64,000 bases of DNA from Gammaproteobacteria bacterium (lineage in GTDB: Bacteria; Actinomycetota; Acidimicrobiia; Spongiisociales; UBA4744). The translations under genes were made by a program, and so were the position numbers. The stretch's first letter is position 1, and each line of letters starts with the position of its first letter. This document shows, piece by piece, positions 17,448 to 27,007 of this stretch. Below the pieces are notes generated by a model. It ran no database searches. It was not told where the DNA came from and was given only the letters and a program-made list of their open reading frames with translations. The stretch is from contig JAACED010000012.1 in assembly GCA_011682695.1 (NCBI GenBank), forward strand, positions 43,518 to 107,517, written 5' to 3'.

Positions 17448-18494
17448 TCAGGAGTTCAGCGCGACCAGCGCCTCCGTCGCCGTCCATGTTCGATCCTTCT
17501 GGAGTGGTCCTGTCTCGCCAGGGCTGCGGACACAGAACCCTCCTTCCACCGCGAATTGGAGAGCGGTGAGGAAGCCACGCAACTGACGCGGAAGTGGAAA
17601 GTACTCGTCTTCGTCGGTGACACGCGCCACTTGATATCCGTTGCGCGGCGCGATTCTGTCGATCACTTCGCGCACGAGGTGATCTGGCGCCGAAGCGCCC
17701 GCCGTGACTCCAACGACGCCGACCCCCTCCAACCAGCGATCCTCGATCTGCCCCGCCGAGTCCACCCTGTGCGCCGGCGTCCCGGCTCGTCGGGCGACTC
17801 TGACGAGCGCCCTGGTATTCGACGATGTTTCAGATCCGACGACCAGGATCAGGTCTGTGCGCTTGGCGAGATCCTTGACTGCCTCCTGACGATTCGTCGT
17901 CGCATAGCAGAGGTCGCTGCGCCGGGCGGTGCGGAGCCCGGCGAAACGAGCCGATGCGGCCTCCAGCACGGCTTCCCACTCGTGCATTCCGAGGGTGGTT
18001 TGTGCGAGCAGAGCGACACGGGACTCATCGGCCGGCGCAAAGGCATCGAGCCCTTCTTCCGGTTCGACGAGCGTGATCGCGTCTGGTGCCTCGGCGACGG
18101 TACCGATGGCTTCATCGTGTCCTTCGTGACCCACATAGATGATGTCGAACCCTCGTTCGGCCATGCGCCTGACCTCATGGTGCACCTTGGTCACCAGCGG
18201 ACATACGGCGTCGATCACAACACCCGCCCACGCCTGAGCCGCCTGCACGACTTCCGGGGCTGATCCGTGTGCGGACAGCATGAGCGGAGCACCATGAGGG
18301 ACTTCGGCGATATCGTCGACGAAGACCACACCGACGTCTTCGAACGCTCTGACAACCCACTCATTGTGCACGATTTCGTGGTAGCAGTAGACGGGGGGAT
18401 CAAAGACGCGGATCATCCACATGAGCGCTTTGATGGCCATCTCCACACCGGCGCAGAAACCGCGTGGCTCGGCGAGGAGTACCTGATCGACCAT
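17448..18494 (-). CDS. ispH: 4-hydroxy-3-methylbut-2-enyl diphosphate reductase
   Basis: MVDQVLLAEPRGFCAGVEMAI..., three conserved Cys (CAG, AVCPLV, DLCYATTNRQ), SETSSNT. Start at the internal ATG (codon 14 of the track ORF). Confidence 0.85.
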   Translation of the reverse strand: MVDQVLLAEPRGFCAGVEMAIKALMWMIRVFDPPVYCYHEIVHNEWVVRAFEDVGVVFVDDIAEVPHGAPLMLSAHGSAPEVVQAAQAWAGVVIDAVCPLVTKVHHEVRRMAERGFDIIYVGHEGHDEAIGTVAEAPDAITLVEPEEGLDAFAPADESRVALLAQTTLGMHEWEAVLEAASARFAGLRTARRSDLCYATTNRQEAVKDLAKRTDLILVVGSETSSNTRALVRVARRAGTPAHRVDSAGQIEDRWLEGVGVVGVTAGASAPDHLVREVIDRIAPRNGYQVARVTDEDEYFPLPRQLRGFLTALQFAVEGGFCVRSPGETGPLQKDRTWTATEALVALNS

Positions 18495-18571
18495 GGACCG
18501 ATGGTAACGATGTGCCTGAAGAACCGGCGCCAAGCCTATCCTTGCCGGACCAAGGAGGGCCAGTGAGTCGT

Positions 18572-19879
18572 ATGCCCGTGGTCGCCGTCGTGGGGCGCCC
18601 GAACGTCGGAAAATCCAGCCTCGTCAACCGAATCCTCGGTCGGCGCATGGCCGTCGTGCAAGAAGAACCCGGCGTCACCAGGGATCGCAGAGAGTTTCGG
18701 GCCGAATGGGCCGGACGAGAGTTCCTCCTCGTCGATACCGGCGGATGGGAGCTCAATCCGAGCGAGGAACTCGTTGCCGCGATCTCCGCCCAGGCGGAGG
18801 CTGCGCTCGGAGCGGCAGACGTCGTCTTGCTCGTCCTCGACGCCACTGCGGGGATTTCCTCCGATGATGCAGAAGTCGCGTCGCTGCTGCGCGGCGCCCC
18901 CAATGAGGTGATCGTCGTCGCCAACAAGGTCGATAGTCCCCGCCAGGATTTCGACACGGCGGAGTTGTGGCAGCTCGGGCTCGGCGAACCGATGCCGATC
19001 AGCGCCCTGCACGGTCGCGGGGTGGGGGATCTTCTGGATCGTGTCGTGGCCGGACTCCCCGAAGGTGTGGGACAGACGGTCAAAGACGTTCAGACCCTCG
19101 CGATCATCGGGCGCCCGAACGTGGGTAAGTCGACACTGCTGAACCGTCTCGTCGGACAAGAACGAGTCCTCGTGTCTCCCGTGCCGGGAACGACACGGGA
19201 TCCCATCGACGCGATGATCGAACTGGGGGAGCGACCCTTCAAAGTGGTGGACACCGCCGGCATCCGACGTACTCCAAAGGTGAAGGACCCTGCTGATTTC
19301 TACTCGGTTCTTCGTGCCAAAGGGGCGCTTGCCGAAGCCGATGTCGCCCTTCTGCTCATCGACACCGTCGATGGTGTCGCTCAGCAGGACCAACGGATCG
19401 CTCAGGCGGCAGCCGAGTCCGGCGCAGGTCTGATCGTTCTGCTGAACAAGTGGGATGCGGCCGACCTCGAACAACGCGAAATGGTGACGCGCGATGTCGC
19501 CGACCGTCTCCAATTCGTGGGATGGGCACCACTGCTACGCGTGTCGGCGCTCACCGGAGCGCGCCTACATCGCCTCGCTCCTGCCGTTGATCGGGTGCTC
19601 GAGTCGAGAGAGTTTCGCATTCCGACCGGAACACTGAACCGGCTCATCAGGGGGTGGCAGGCGAGCCACCCGCCTCCGGTCAGGAAAGGGCGCCGGCCGC
19701 GAATCCTCTACGCCGTCCAAGCAGGGACCTCTCCTCCGACGATCATCCTCTTCGTCTCGGGCGACCAACCAGGTGACGACTACCTGCGCTATCTCGAGAA
19801 CCGTCTCCGCGACGAGTTCGGATTCGAGGGGACCCCGATCAAGATCTTCGCGAGACGCCGCCAAGGTCGATCAAGGTAG
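18572..19879 (+). CDS. der: Ribosome-biogenesis GTPase Der (EngA)
   Basis: Two GTPase domains (GRPNVGKSSL and GRPNVGKSTLLN), C-terminal KH-like domain. ATG at 18572; an in-frame GTG at 18563 directly after GGAGGG is an alternative. The track ORF N-terminus is an antisense read of the ispH 5' end. Confidence 0.9.
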   Translation: MPVVAVVGRPNVGKSSLVNRILGRRMAVVQEEPGVTRDRREFRAEWAGREFLLVDTGGWELNPSEELVAAISAQAEAALGAADVVLLVLDATAGISSDDAEVASLLRGAPNEVIVVANKVDSPRQDFDTAELWQLGLGEPMPISALHGRGVGDLLDRVVAGLPEGVGQTVKDVQTLAIIGRPNVGKSTLLNRLVGQERVLVSPVPGTTRDPIDAMIELGERPFKVVDTAGIRRTPKVKDPADFYSVLRAKGALAEADVALLLIDTVDGVAQQDQRIAQAAAESGAGLIVLLNKWDAADLEQREMVTRDVADRLQFVGWAPLLRVSALTGARLHRLAPAVDRVLESREFRIPTGTLNRLIRGWQASHPPPVRKGRRPRILYAVQAGTSPPTIILFVSGDQPGDDYLRYLENRLRDEFGFEGTPIKIFARRRQGRSR

Positions 19880-19907
19880 GATGCCCCGAACACAAGAAAG
19901 GACACCG

Positions 19908-21272
19908 ATGCGCACGGTCTACGCAATCTCAGGCGGTGTATCCAAGTTCGCCAAGGCACGTCCGGACAAGACGTTCCAGGCGGTGATCAAAGAGGCGTAT
20001 GACGACGCCATCACCGACCTCGGGCTCGACTTCCGTACGTTCATCGCCCTGGCAGATGGATCAGTTGCCTCCTATTTCTCCGACCACTTCACTCGTCAGC
20101 TCATGGCGGGGATCATGGCCCAGGACTATCTGGGGCTCCTCCCCAAGCCCAGTCACCGCGTGGAAGGCGGCGGAGCGACGGGAGGACTGTGCTTTCAGGA
20201 AGCATGGAAAACCGTCGCTTCGGGCGACATGGACATCTGCGTCGCCTACGGCTTCGAGACGATGAGCCACGTCGAGACATGGAAGGGAAACGAGTTCATC
20301 GCACTCGCCTCCGACGTCTCGTGGGATTACCCGGTGGGCGGGTTCTACTCCGGGTACTACGCCATGATGGTGTCACGCCACATGAAGGAGTTCGGCACGA
20401 CTCCGGAACAGATGGCGGCCGTGTCGGTCAAGAATCATCGCAACGCGTACTTCAACCCGTACGCCCAGAAGCGGAACAAGTACACGATCGAGGACGTGCG
20501 CAACGCTCCTATGGTTGCATGGCCCCTCACCCGTCTCGACATCTGTGTGATGTCCGACGGGGCGGCGGTGACGATCCTCGTTTCAGAGGAGGGACTCGCA
20601 AAGATCGAGGAGGCGGGTGGCCGGGTACGGCGCCCCCTCGTCAAAGTGGCCGGCATCGGCCGCGGTACCGACGCGATGCGGATGTCGGATCGTCCGCATG
20701 TCGATTACGACACGTTCATGCGAGAGTACGCAACGGAGCAGGAGAAGGGTTCGGACGACACCCGCTCCTACTACAAAGAGCTGTGGGATCACGGCACGCG
20801 CTATCCGGGGGTCCACTCGTTCAGGGCCGGCCGTAGTGCCGGCAACATGGCGTACAAGCGAGCAGGCATCAGCAACCCGCTCGAAGATCTGGACTTTGTC
20901 GAGTTGCACGACGCGTACACGTCGTCGGAGATACAGACGTATGAAGACCTCGGCCTCTGCCGGTATGGAGAAGGAGGCCCATTCGCGGCATCCGGCAAAG
21001 CGTTCCTCCCCGGAATCGACTACGGCTTGGATCTGCCCGATGATCCGGTGATGCCGGTCAACCCGTCTGGAGGCCTGATTGCCTGCGGTCACCCCGTCGG
21101 CGCGACGGGACTCATGCAGGCGGTCTTCTCGATGTGGCAACTCCAGGGCACGATCAACGAGCATTTCAAGGACGCGACCCTCCAAGTGCAGGACGCCAAG
21201 AAGGGTGCGATTCACTCGCACGCCGGAACGGGTACCTACGTGACGGTGAGCATTCTCGAAAGGGAGGACTGA
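19908..21272 (+). CDS. Thiolase-like protein (SCP-x type thiolase / acetyl-CoA acetyltransferase family)
   Basis: MRTVYAISGGVSKFAKARPDKTFQ... thiolase N- and C-terminal domain pattern (HAGTGTYVTV, NPSGGLIACGHPVGATG). ATG preceded by AAAGGA. Confidence 0.8.
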   Translation: MRTVYAISGGVSKFAKARPDKTFQAVIKEAYDDAITDLGLDFRTFIALADGSVASYFSDHFTRQLMAGIMAQDYLGLLPKPSHRVEGGGATGGLCFQEAWKTVASGDMDICVAYGFETMSHVETWKGNEFIALASDVSWDYPVGGFYSGYYAMMVSRHMKEFGTTPEQMAAVSVKNHRNAYFNPYAQKRNKYTIEDVRNAPMVAWPLTRLDICVMSDGAAVTILVSEEGLAKIEEAGGRVRRPLVKVAGIGRGTDAMRMSDRPHVDYDTFMREYATEQEKGSDDTRSYYKELWDHGTRYPGVHSFRAGRSAGNMAYKRAGISNPLEDLDFVELHDAYTSSEIQTYEDLGLCRYGEGGPFAASGKAFLPGIDYGLDLPDDPVMPVNPSGGLIACGHPVGATGLMQAVFSMWQLQGTINEHFKDATLQVQDAKKGAIHSHAGTGTYVTVSILERED

Positions 21273-21273
21273 C

Positions 21274-21819
21274 ATGGCGAAGCTGCCCGAACGCCGCCCG
21301 GAGACCCTCGGTGGCTATACCGTTCACGGAATCCCCTTCCCTGTCCAGACCGATGCGGACGCGCTGGCGTTCCTCAAGAAGATGGCGCCCATTCAGATCG
21401 AGCAGGGATACTCGATCACGTATCTGCACTCGTACGGTCAGGACAGCCCCTGGTTCGCCGGAGCGACGAACAAGAAGCTGCTGGCAAGCCGTGATGCCGA
21501 GACCGGCTACACGTACGCGACACCGCGGGGCCACGACATGTACACGGGTGAAGAGACGGAGTGGATCGATATCACGGACCGGAAGGCCTCGGTGCACGCA
21601 GTCACCGTCTGCTACTTCGGATCCGAAGAGTTCCTTCCCGAGACTCCATACGTGCTCGCGTTGATCCAATATGAAGGCGTGGACACACTGTTCTTGACGA
21701 GGCTGATGGGAGTCGATCCCGACGCCGTCTCACTCGACTGGATCGACATGGAGGTCAAGCCCCGCTTTCTGCGCAACTCGAAATTGAAGCCGACCGACGT
21801 CTATTTCGTTCCGGCCTGA
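21274..21819 (+). CDS. DUF35 OB-fold domain protein (usual partner of SCP-x thiolases)
   Basis: Follows the thiolase with a 1-nt gap. OB-fold-like C-terminal half. Unlike many DUF35 proteins, no CxxC...CxxC rubredoxin-like Zn ribbon is present. Confidence 0.65.
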   Translation: MAKLPERRPETLGGYTVHGIPFPVQTDADALAFLKKMAPIQIEQGYSITYLHSYGQDSPWFAGATNKKLLASRDAETGYTYATPRGHDMYTGEETEWIDITDRKASVHAVTVCYFGSEEFLPETPYVLALIQYEGVDTLFLTRLMGVDPDAVSLDWIDMEVKPRFLRNSKLKPTDVYFVPA

Positions 21820-21829
21820 TACAACCCCT

Positions 21830-21866
21830 GCCGGGGAGGGCAATCGTCCTCCCCGGCCGTTTGATT
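21830..21866 (+). terminator. Putative intrinsic terminator hairpin after the thiolase-DUF35 pair
   Basis: GCCGGGGAGG-gcaatcgt-CCTCCCCGGC (10-bp GC stem, 8-nt loop) followed by cgTTTgaTT. Coordinates approximate. Confidence 0.45.
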
Positions 21867-21975
21867 CGTGAACCATCATCGGCTTGACCGTGGTGTATCT
21901 CACCTGCTGAATCGTCCAACGAATGGTCTCGTCGGTGTACCAGGCCATCGGCAGGGCAGGTATGATGCTGACCTT

Positions 21976-22050
21976 CGGGCTGTGGCGCAGCTTGGTTAGC
22001 GCGCTTGACTGGGGGTCAAGAGGTCGCCGGTTCAAATCCGGCCAGCCCGA
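21976..22050 (+). tRNA. tRNA-Pro (anticodon GGG)
   Basis: Cloverleaf read by eye: acceptor CGGGCTG/CAGCCCG, D-arm GCGCAGCTTGGTtAGCGC, anticodon stem CTTGA/TCAAG with loop CTGGGGG (anticodon GGG), T-arm GCCGG-TTCAAAT-CCGGC, discriminator A. CCA is not encoded. Coordinates +/-1-2. Confidence 0.75.
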
Positions 22051-22052
22051 CC

Positions 22053-22083
22053 GCCGGATACCCCTCTGAGAGCAGGGGTATCC
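22053..22083 (+). terminator. Hairpin immediately 3' of tRNA-Pro (possible terminator/processing structure)
   Basis: CGGATACCCCT-ctgagagc-AGGGGTATCCG (11-bp stem). No U-tract. Shares the GGGGTATC arm with a hairpin in the trxA leader. Confidence 0.4.
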
Positions 22084-22211
22084 GCGCGTTCACTCATCCG
22101 GCCGCATCGGCATGACCATCGAGTGCTCACCTTGGCCTAGGGCCGTCGCCACAAGGGTGTGTCGACGACCGTGGAACCGCCGCGGGCCACGCTGAATCCC
22201 GCCACGTGAAG

Positions 22212-22233
22212 GTTCACCTCCCGTTCAACTTCC
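22212..22233 (+). promoter_or_regulatory. PHO-box-like pair of 11-bp direct repeat units upstream of pstS
   Basis: GTTCACCTCCC immediately followed by GTTCAACTTCC (11-bp phasing, GTTCA core), about 100 nt upstream of the pstS ATG. Resembles PhoP/PhoB-family direct-repeat operators of actinobacteria. A further single GTTCACTCATC unit lies near 22076. Coordinates approximate. Confidence 0.5.
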
Positions 22234-22335
22234 GGCCATGGTGGGGTCACCAGCGATCCCTAACGTCCTCGCAGACAGAACTGACCCGGTCGCATCGCGG
22301 CACATCGCGGCGCACCGCATCGACGAGGAGGAACA

Positions 22336-23451
22336 ATGTCCGATAGTCAACGGGGAGCGAAGATGTGGCACAGGTTCCGCATCGCAACCCTCATCGCAGC
22401 TGTGACGCTCGTCGCAGCGGCATGCTCGACCTCGTCGGGGTCGTCGGCTGCCGCTCCGGCCCCCGCAGGGGACGCGACCACGACCGCCGCTCCGGCCCTG
22501 GCGGGTACCTTGAACGGCGCCGGCGCAACCTTCCCCGCCCCCATCTACCTGGAGTGGATCGGCGCCTACCAGAAGGAATTCCCGGACGTCCGCGTCAACT
22601 ACCAGGCGATCGGCTCTGGCGGCGGAGTCCAGAACTTCATCCAACAGACCGTCGACTTTGCCGGGACCGACGCCTTCCTCACCGACGATGAGCTGGCCGA
22701 GGCATCGCAGAACGGGACCGTCTACCACATCCCCACCGTCTTCGGCGCGGTCGTACCTGCCTACAACCTGCCTGGTCTCGACGGTCTCACGCTCGACTGT
22801 GACAGTCTGGCCGGCGTCTTCCTCGGCACGATCACCCAGTGGAACGACCCCGCCATCACCGCCCTCAACCCGCAGGCGACGCTCCCTGACGAAAGTATCC
22901 AGATCGTCCATCGCTCTGATGGATCCGGAACCACCAACGCCTTCACCCTCTACCTCGACATCTGCAACCCGCAGTGGCACGACACCGTGGGGTACGGCAA
23001 GGACGTCGAATGGCCTGTCGGAGTCGGCGGCAAGGGCAATGACGGAGTCGCCGCTGCGATCTCCAATACCGAAGGATCTCTCGGTTACGTCGAGTTGGCA
23101 TACGCCACCCAGACCGGTCTCCAGGTCACCTCCATGGTCAACCAGTCCGGCAACGTCGTTGAGCCGAATCTCGCATCCACCGCAGCGGCCGCCGACGGCG
23201 TCGCCTTCCCCGACGACCTTCGCTTCACCCTGGCCGATACGCCGGCACCCCAAGGCTGGCCCATTGCCACCGCCACCTGGATACTCGCCTACGGCAACAT
23301 GCCCCAGGAAGAGGCACAGCTCCTCCAGTCATGGCTGACCTGGGCCCTCACCCAGGGTGACGATGCGGCCAAGGCTCTCGACTATGCGCCCATCCCCGAC
23401 TCGCTCCAGGAGAAGGCGCTCGCCTTCGTCGACAAGATCGGTAAAGGCTGA
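22336..23451 (+). CDS. pstS: Phosphate ABC transporter substrate-binding lipoprotein PstS
   Basis: Signal peptide with lipobox LVAAAC, Thr/Ala/Ser-rich linker, PstS fold motifs (TFPAPIY..., SDGSGTT). ATG preceded by GAGGAGG with a 5-nt spacer. Confidence 0.9.
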   Translation: MSDSQRGAKMWHRFRIATLIAAVTLVAAACSTSSGSSAAAPAPAGDATTTAAPALAGTLNGAGATFPAPIYLEWIGAYQKEFPDVRVNYQAIGSGGGVQNFIQQTVDFAGTDAFLTDDELAEASQNGTVYHIPTVFGAVVPAYNLPGLDGLTLDCDSLAGVFLGTITQWNDPAITALNPQATLPDESIQIVHRSDGSGTTNAFTLYLDICNPQWHDTVGYGKDVEWPVGVGGKGNDGVAAAISNTEGSLGYVELAYATQTGLQVTSMVNQSGNVVEPNLASTAAAADGVAFPDDLRFTLADTPAPQGWPIATATWILAYGNMPQEEAQLLQSWLTWALTQGDDAAKALDYAPIPDSLQEKALAFVDKIGKG

Positions 23452-23470
23452 CCAAACCGACAACCTTGAA

Positions 23471-23504
23471 CCGGGCCGCACGAACCCGTATCCGTGCGGC
23501 CCGG
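23471..23504 (+). terminator. Stem-loop between pstS and pstC (partial terminator/attenuator candidate)
   Basis: CCGGGCCGCACG-aacccgtatc-CGTGCGGCCCGG (12-bp perfect stem) in the 82-nt pstS-pstC spacer. Analogous to the pstS-distal hairpins in other pst operons that give a pstS transcript excess. Confidence 0.45.
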
Positions 23505-23533
23505 TTCACGCGGCGCAGACCACGGAGGAGTCC

Positions 23534-24514
23534 ATGACCAAGACCATCGGCGAACCCAGGGGGCAGCAGCCTCGCCGGCCGATCGTCGATCGTCCCCGAC
23601 GCCGTGGCGATCGCGTCTTCCGGCGCGCCACACTGGCGGCGGCGGCCGTCGTGCTGCTCCTCCTCGCCATCATGATCGTGTCGACCACCATCGCATCGCT
23701 CCCCGTATGGCGATCCCAAGGCATCGTCGGGTTCCTCCTCGGGATGCGCTGGGTGCCGAACAAGGCCATTTTCGGAGCCTTCCCCTTCATATACGGCACG
23801 GTCGTCACCGCACTCATCGGCGTCCTCGTCGGTGTCCCCATCAGCGTGCTCATCGCCCTCTACATCTCGGAGGTCGCCGGCCCGAAGGTCGCAGGCCCGG
23901 TGTCGTACCTCATCGACCTCCTCGCCGCCATCCCTTCGGTCGTCTACGCGCTCTGGGGCATCTTCGTCTTCGTCCCCTACGTGGTGAAGCCGATCTCCGA
24001 TCTTCTCGCCCGATACCTGGGCTGGACCGGCATCTTCGAGGGTCCCGTCTTCGGCCTCTCCTACCTCTCGACCGGACTCGTCCTCTCGATCATGATCGTG
24101 CCCATCATCAGCGCCATCTGCCGAGAAGTCTTCGCCACCGTCCCTGCGGGAGAGAAGGAGGCGGCCCTGGCACTCGGAGCAACGCGCTGGGAGATGATCC
24201 GCCTCGCGATCCTGCCGCGTTCCCGCCCGGGCATCGTCGGTGCGGTCATGCTGGGTCTTGGCAGGGCCCTCGGCGAGACCATTGCCGCCGCGCTGCTCAT
24301 CGGATCTCAGGTGGGCATCCACCTCTCTGTCGTCCAACCCGGCTACACGATGGCAGCGGTCATCGCCAACCAGTTCCAGGAGGCCGACGCGGCGCAGATC
24401 AGCGCTCTCCTCGGCATCGGCGTCGTCCTCTTCTTCATCACCATCGTCGTGAACGTGCTGGCGCGCATCGTCGTGGCGCGCACCGGAGGCACCCTCGTGT
24501 CGGCGGATCTATGA
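23534..24514 (+). CDS. pstC: Phosphate ABC transporter permease PstC
   Basis: Polytopic permease with EAA-like loop (EAALALGATRWEMI). ATG after GGAGGAG. Confidence 0.9.
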   Translation: MTKTIGEPRGQQPRRPIVDRPRRRGDRVFRRATLAAAAVVLLLLAIMIVSTTIASLPVWRSQGIVGFLLGMRWVPNKAIFGAFPFIYGTVVTALIGVLVGVPISVLIALYISEVAGPKVAGPVSYLIDLLAAIPSVVYALWGIFVFVPYVVKPISDLLARYLGWTGIFEGPVFGLSYLSTGLVLSIMIVPIISAICREVFATVPAGEKEAALALGATRWEMIRLAILPRSRPGIVGAVMLGLGRALGETIAAALLIGSQVGIHLSVVQPGYTMAAVIANQFQEADAAQISALLGIGVVLFFITIVVNVLARIVVARTGGTLVSADL

Positions 24515-25380
24515 CCACGGCACCCGTATCACTGGGCAGGCCCCTCTCGGCTCGCCGTCGGCTCGCCGACCGTCTGGCGCTCACCGCCATGTACGCCGCG
24601 GTCGGGGTGTCGCTCATCCCCCTTGCCCTCATTGCGTACTTCCTCATCGTGCGCGGCCTGGGGGCGATGAGCTGGGAGTTCCTCACCAGCTCCCAGCCCC
24701 TCAGCTATGTCCAGCACGGTGGCGGTGCACTCAACGCTCTCGTCGGCACCCTCTACATGGTCGGGCTTGCCTCCCTGCTCGCCGTCCCGCTCGGTATCGC
24801 CGCCGCCATCTACCTCAACGAGTACGGCTCCGGCCGGTTCGCAGCCGTCGTCCGCTTCTTTGCCGATGTCATGACGGGCGTGCCCTCGGTCTTCGTCGGG
24901 CTCTTCATCTACACCCTTCTCATCGTTCCCACGTCGCTCGGGTTCTCGGCCATGGCCGGAGGGATGGCCCTCGCTCTCATCATGCTGCCCATCATCATCC
25001 GCTCGACCGAAGAGATCCTCCGGCTCGTCCCTCCGAGTCTGCGGGACGCCAGCGCGGCATTGGGAGCCACCCGGGCGTACACGATCATGAAGGTCGTGCT
25101 CCCTGCAGCGCGTCGCGGGATCACTACGGGGGTGATGCTCGCCGTCGCTCGCGCCGCCGGGGAGACCGCGCCCCTGATCATGACCGCGCTCGGATCGGTC
25201 CAGCTCGTGTTCGGCTGGACCATCCCGATCTCTGCGCTTCCGCTCTTCATCTACGACGGGGCCCGCAACCCGTTCGCTGCGGGACAGCAACGCGCCTTCG
25301 CTGCGGCCGCCGAACTCCTCGCCATCGTCCTCGTCTTCACCGTCACCGCCTCCCGACATGACCGGGGGCTTGGCCAATGA
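24511..25380 (+). CDS. pstA: Phosphate ABC transporter permease PstA
   Basis: ATG overlaps the pstC stop (ATGA); permease motif [20 protein letters not shown]. Confidence 0.9.
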   Translation: MTTAPVSLGRPLSARRRLADRLALTAMYAAVGVSLIPLALIAYFLIVRGLGAMSWEFLTSSQPLSYVQHGGGALNALVGTLYMVGLASLLAVPLGIAAAIYLNEYGSGRFAAVVRFFADVMTGVPSVFVGLFIYTLLIVPTSLGFSAMAGGMALALIMLPIIIRSTEEILRLVPPSLRDASAALGATRAYTIMKVVLPAARRGITTGVMLAVARAAGETAPLIMTALGSVQLVFGWTIPISALPLFIYDGARNPFAAGQQRAFAAAAELLAIVLVFTVTASRHDRGLGQ

Positions 25381-26150
25381 AGACCCTCCAACTCCGCGAT
25401 GTCAGTGCGTACTACGGCGACTTTCGCGCCATCGCCGATGTCGACCTCACCCTCCAACCTGGGGTGATCACCGCCCTCATCGGGCCTTCCGGTTGCGGAA
25501 AGTCGACCCTTCTGCGTTCTCTGAACCGGATGCACGAGTTCGTCCCGGGGGCACGCATCGAAGGCGAGATCACCCTTGACCGCGAGGACCTGTACGGCCC
25601 TTCGGTGTCACCCGCCGAGGTGCGCCGTGTCATCGGCATGGTGTTCCAGCGACCCAACCCTTTTCCAACACTGAGCATCTTCGACAATGTCGCCGCCGGT
25701 CTCCGGCTCGACGGCGGGTACACGCGTGACGAGTTCGACGACCGGGTCGAATGGGCGCTGCGTTCCGCCCACCTTTGGAAGGAGGTCGAGCATAAGCTCC
25801 ACGCCCCGGGAGCATCACTCTCCGGAGGTCAGCAACAGCGCCTCTGCATCGCCCGGACGATCGCCGTTCAACCCGCGGTGATCCTCATGGACGAACCGTG
25901 CTCGGCACTCGACCCCATCGCGACGCTCCGCATCGAGGACCTGATGCGGGAGCTCAAGGAGGACTACACCATCGTCATCGTGACCCACAACATGGAACAG
26001 GCGGCCCGAGTGTCCGACTTCACCGGGTTCCTCGTGATCGAGAAGGCCGCAGACCCCGGCCGTCTCATCGAGTTCGGCGAAACGAGCCAGATCTTCACGA
26101 CTCCGGCCGACGAACGCACAGAGCGGTATATCTCGGGGAAGTTCGGATGA
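25377..26150 (+). CDS. pstB: Phosphate ABC transporter ATP-binding protein PstB (copy 1)
   Basis: Walker [10 protein letters not shown], signature LSGGQQQR, Walker [13 protein letters not shown]-loop VTHNM. ATGA overlap with pstA. Confidence 0.9.
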   Translation: MKTLQLRDVSAYYGDFRAIADVDLTLQPGVITALIGPSGCGKSTLLRSLNRMHEFVPGARIEGEITLDREDLYGPSVSPAEVRRVIGMVFQRPNPFPTLSIFDNVAAGLRLDGGYTRDEFDDRVEWALRSAHLWKEVEHKLHAPGASLSGGQQQRLCIARTIAVQPAVILMDEPCSALDPIATLRIEDLMRELKEDYTIVIVTHNMEQAARVSDFTGFLVIEKAADPGRLIEFGETSQIFTTPADERTERYISGKFG

Positions 26151-27007
26151 TCGGCAACGCCGCGCGAATCACCCCCCCTGACACGTCGAGCCGGCACGAA
26201 GTCGGGGAGAATCGAGGAGCTTTGGCCGATCGCGTCGCCCCCGTCTATCGCGCCGAGAACTTCTCGCTGTGGTATGGCGAGCACCAGGCACTACGCGATG
26301 TGTCGTTCGAGATTGCTCCTCGCGAGATCACCGCGATCATCGGTCCCTCGGGGTGTGGGAAGTCGACCATGCTGCGTAGCTTCAACCGCATGAACGACAG
26401 CATCGCCGGCGTCTCGGTGGCCGGGAGGATCCTCTTCGAGGGCCGCGACCTCTACGACGACGCCATCGACGCCGTCGAGGTCCGCCGACGCATCGGCATG
26501 GTGTTCCAGAAGCCGAACCCGTTCCCGATGTCGATCTATGACAATGTCGCCTACGGCCCGCGCCTTCACGGTGAGCGGCATCCCGACGACATCGTCGAAG
26601 CGTCGCTACGTCGCACCGCGCTCTGGGACGACGTACGCGGCCGCCTCGACCAGTCGGCGCTGGCGCTCTCCGGAGGTCAGCAGCAACGCCTCTGCATCGC
26701 CCGTGCCATCGCGGTTCAGCCCGCGGTGATCCTCATGGACGAACCGTGCTCGGCACTGGACCCCATCGCGACGCTCCGCATCGAGGAGCTCATGCTCGAG
26801 CTCAAGGAGGACTACACCATCGTCATCGTGACCCACAACATGCAGCAAGCCGCCCGAATCTCCGATCGCACGGCCTTCTTCACCGTCGACGTCGGCGAGA
26901 CCGGCCAGCACATCGGCCACGTAGTAGAGTACGACGAGACGAGCAAGATCTTTACGAATCCCGCGGAAAAGGCCACCGAGGACTACATCACCGGGCGTTT
27001 TGGATGA
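26147..27007 (+). CDS. pstB: Phosphate ABC transporter ATP-binding protein PstB (copy 2, tandem paralog)
   Basis: Same motif set ([33 protein letters not shown]). ATGA overlap with copy 1. Carries a near-identical ~190-nt tract shared with copy 1. Confidence 0.9.
   Translation: MIGNAARITPPDTSSRHEVGENRGALADRVAPVYRAENFSLWYGEHQALRDVSFEIAPREITAIIGPSGCGKSTMLRSFNRMNDSIAGVSVAGRILFEGRDLYDDAIDAVEVRRRIGMVFQKPNPFPMSIYDNVAYGPRLHGERHPDDIVEASLRRTALWDDVRGRLDQSALALSGGQQQRLCIARAIAVQPAVILMDEPCSALDPIATLRIEELMLELKEDYTIVIVTHNMQQAARISDRTAFFTVDVGETGQHIGHVVEYDETSKIFTNPAEKATEDYITGRFG

Noticed and set aside
21976-22335. Integrated element at tRNA-Pro (attachment-site duplication)
   Set aside because: No integrase/recombinase gene within the window on either side, no direct repeat of the tRNA 3' end found downstream. 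The following genes are the conserved pst operon.
23494-25380. 628-aa plus-strand ORF across pstC/pstA, and 22658..23338 inside pstS
   Set aside because: Alternate-frame Arg/Pro/His-rich translations overlapping well-supported transporter genes.
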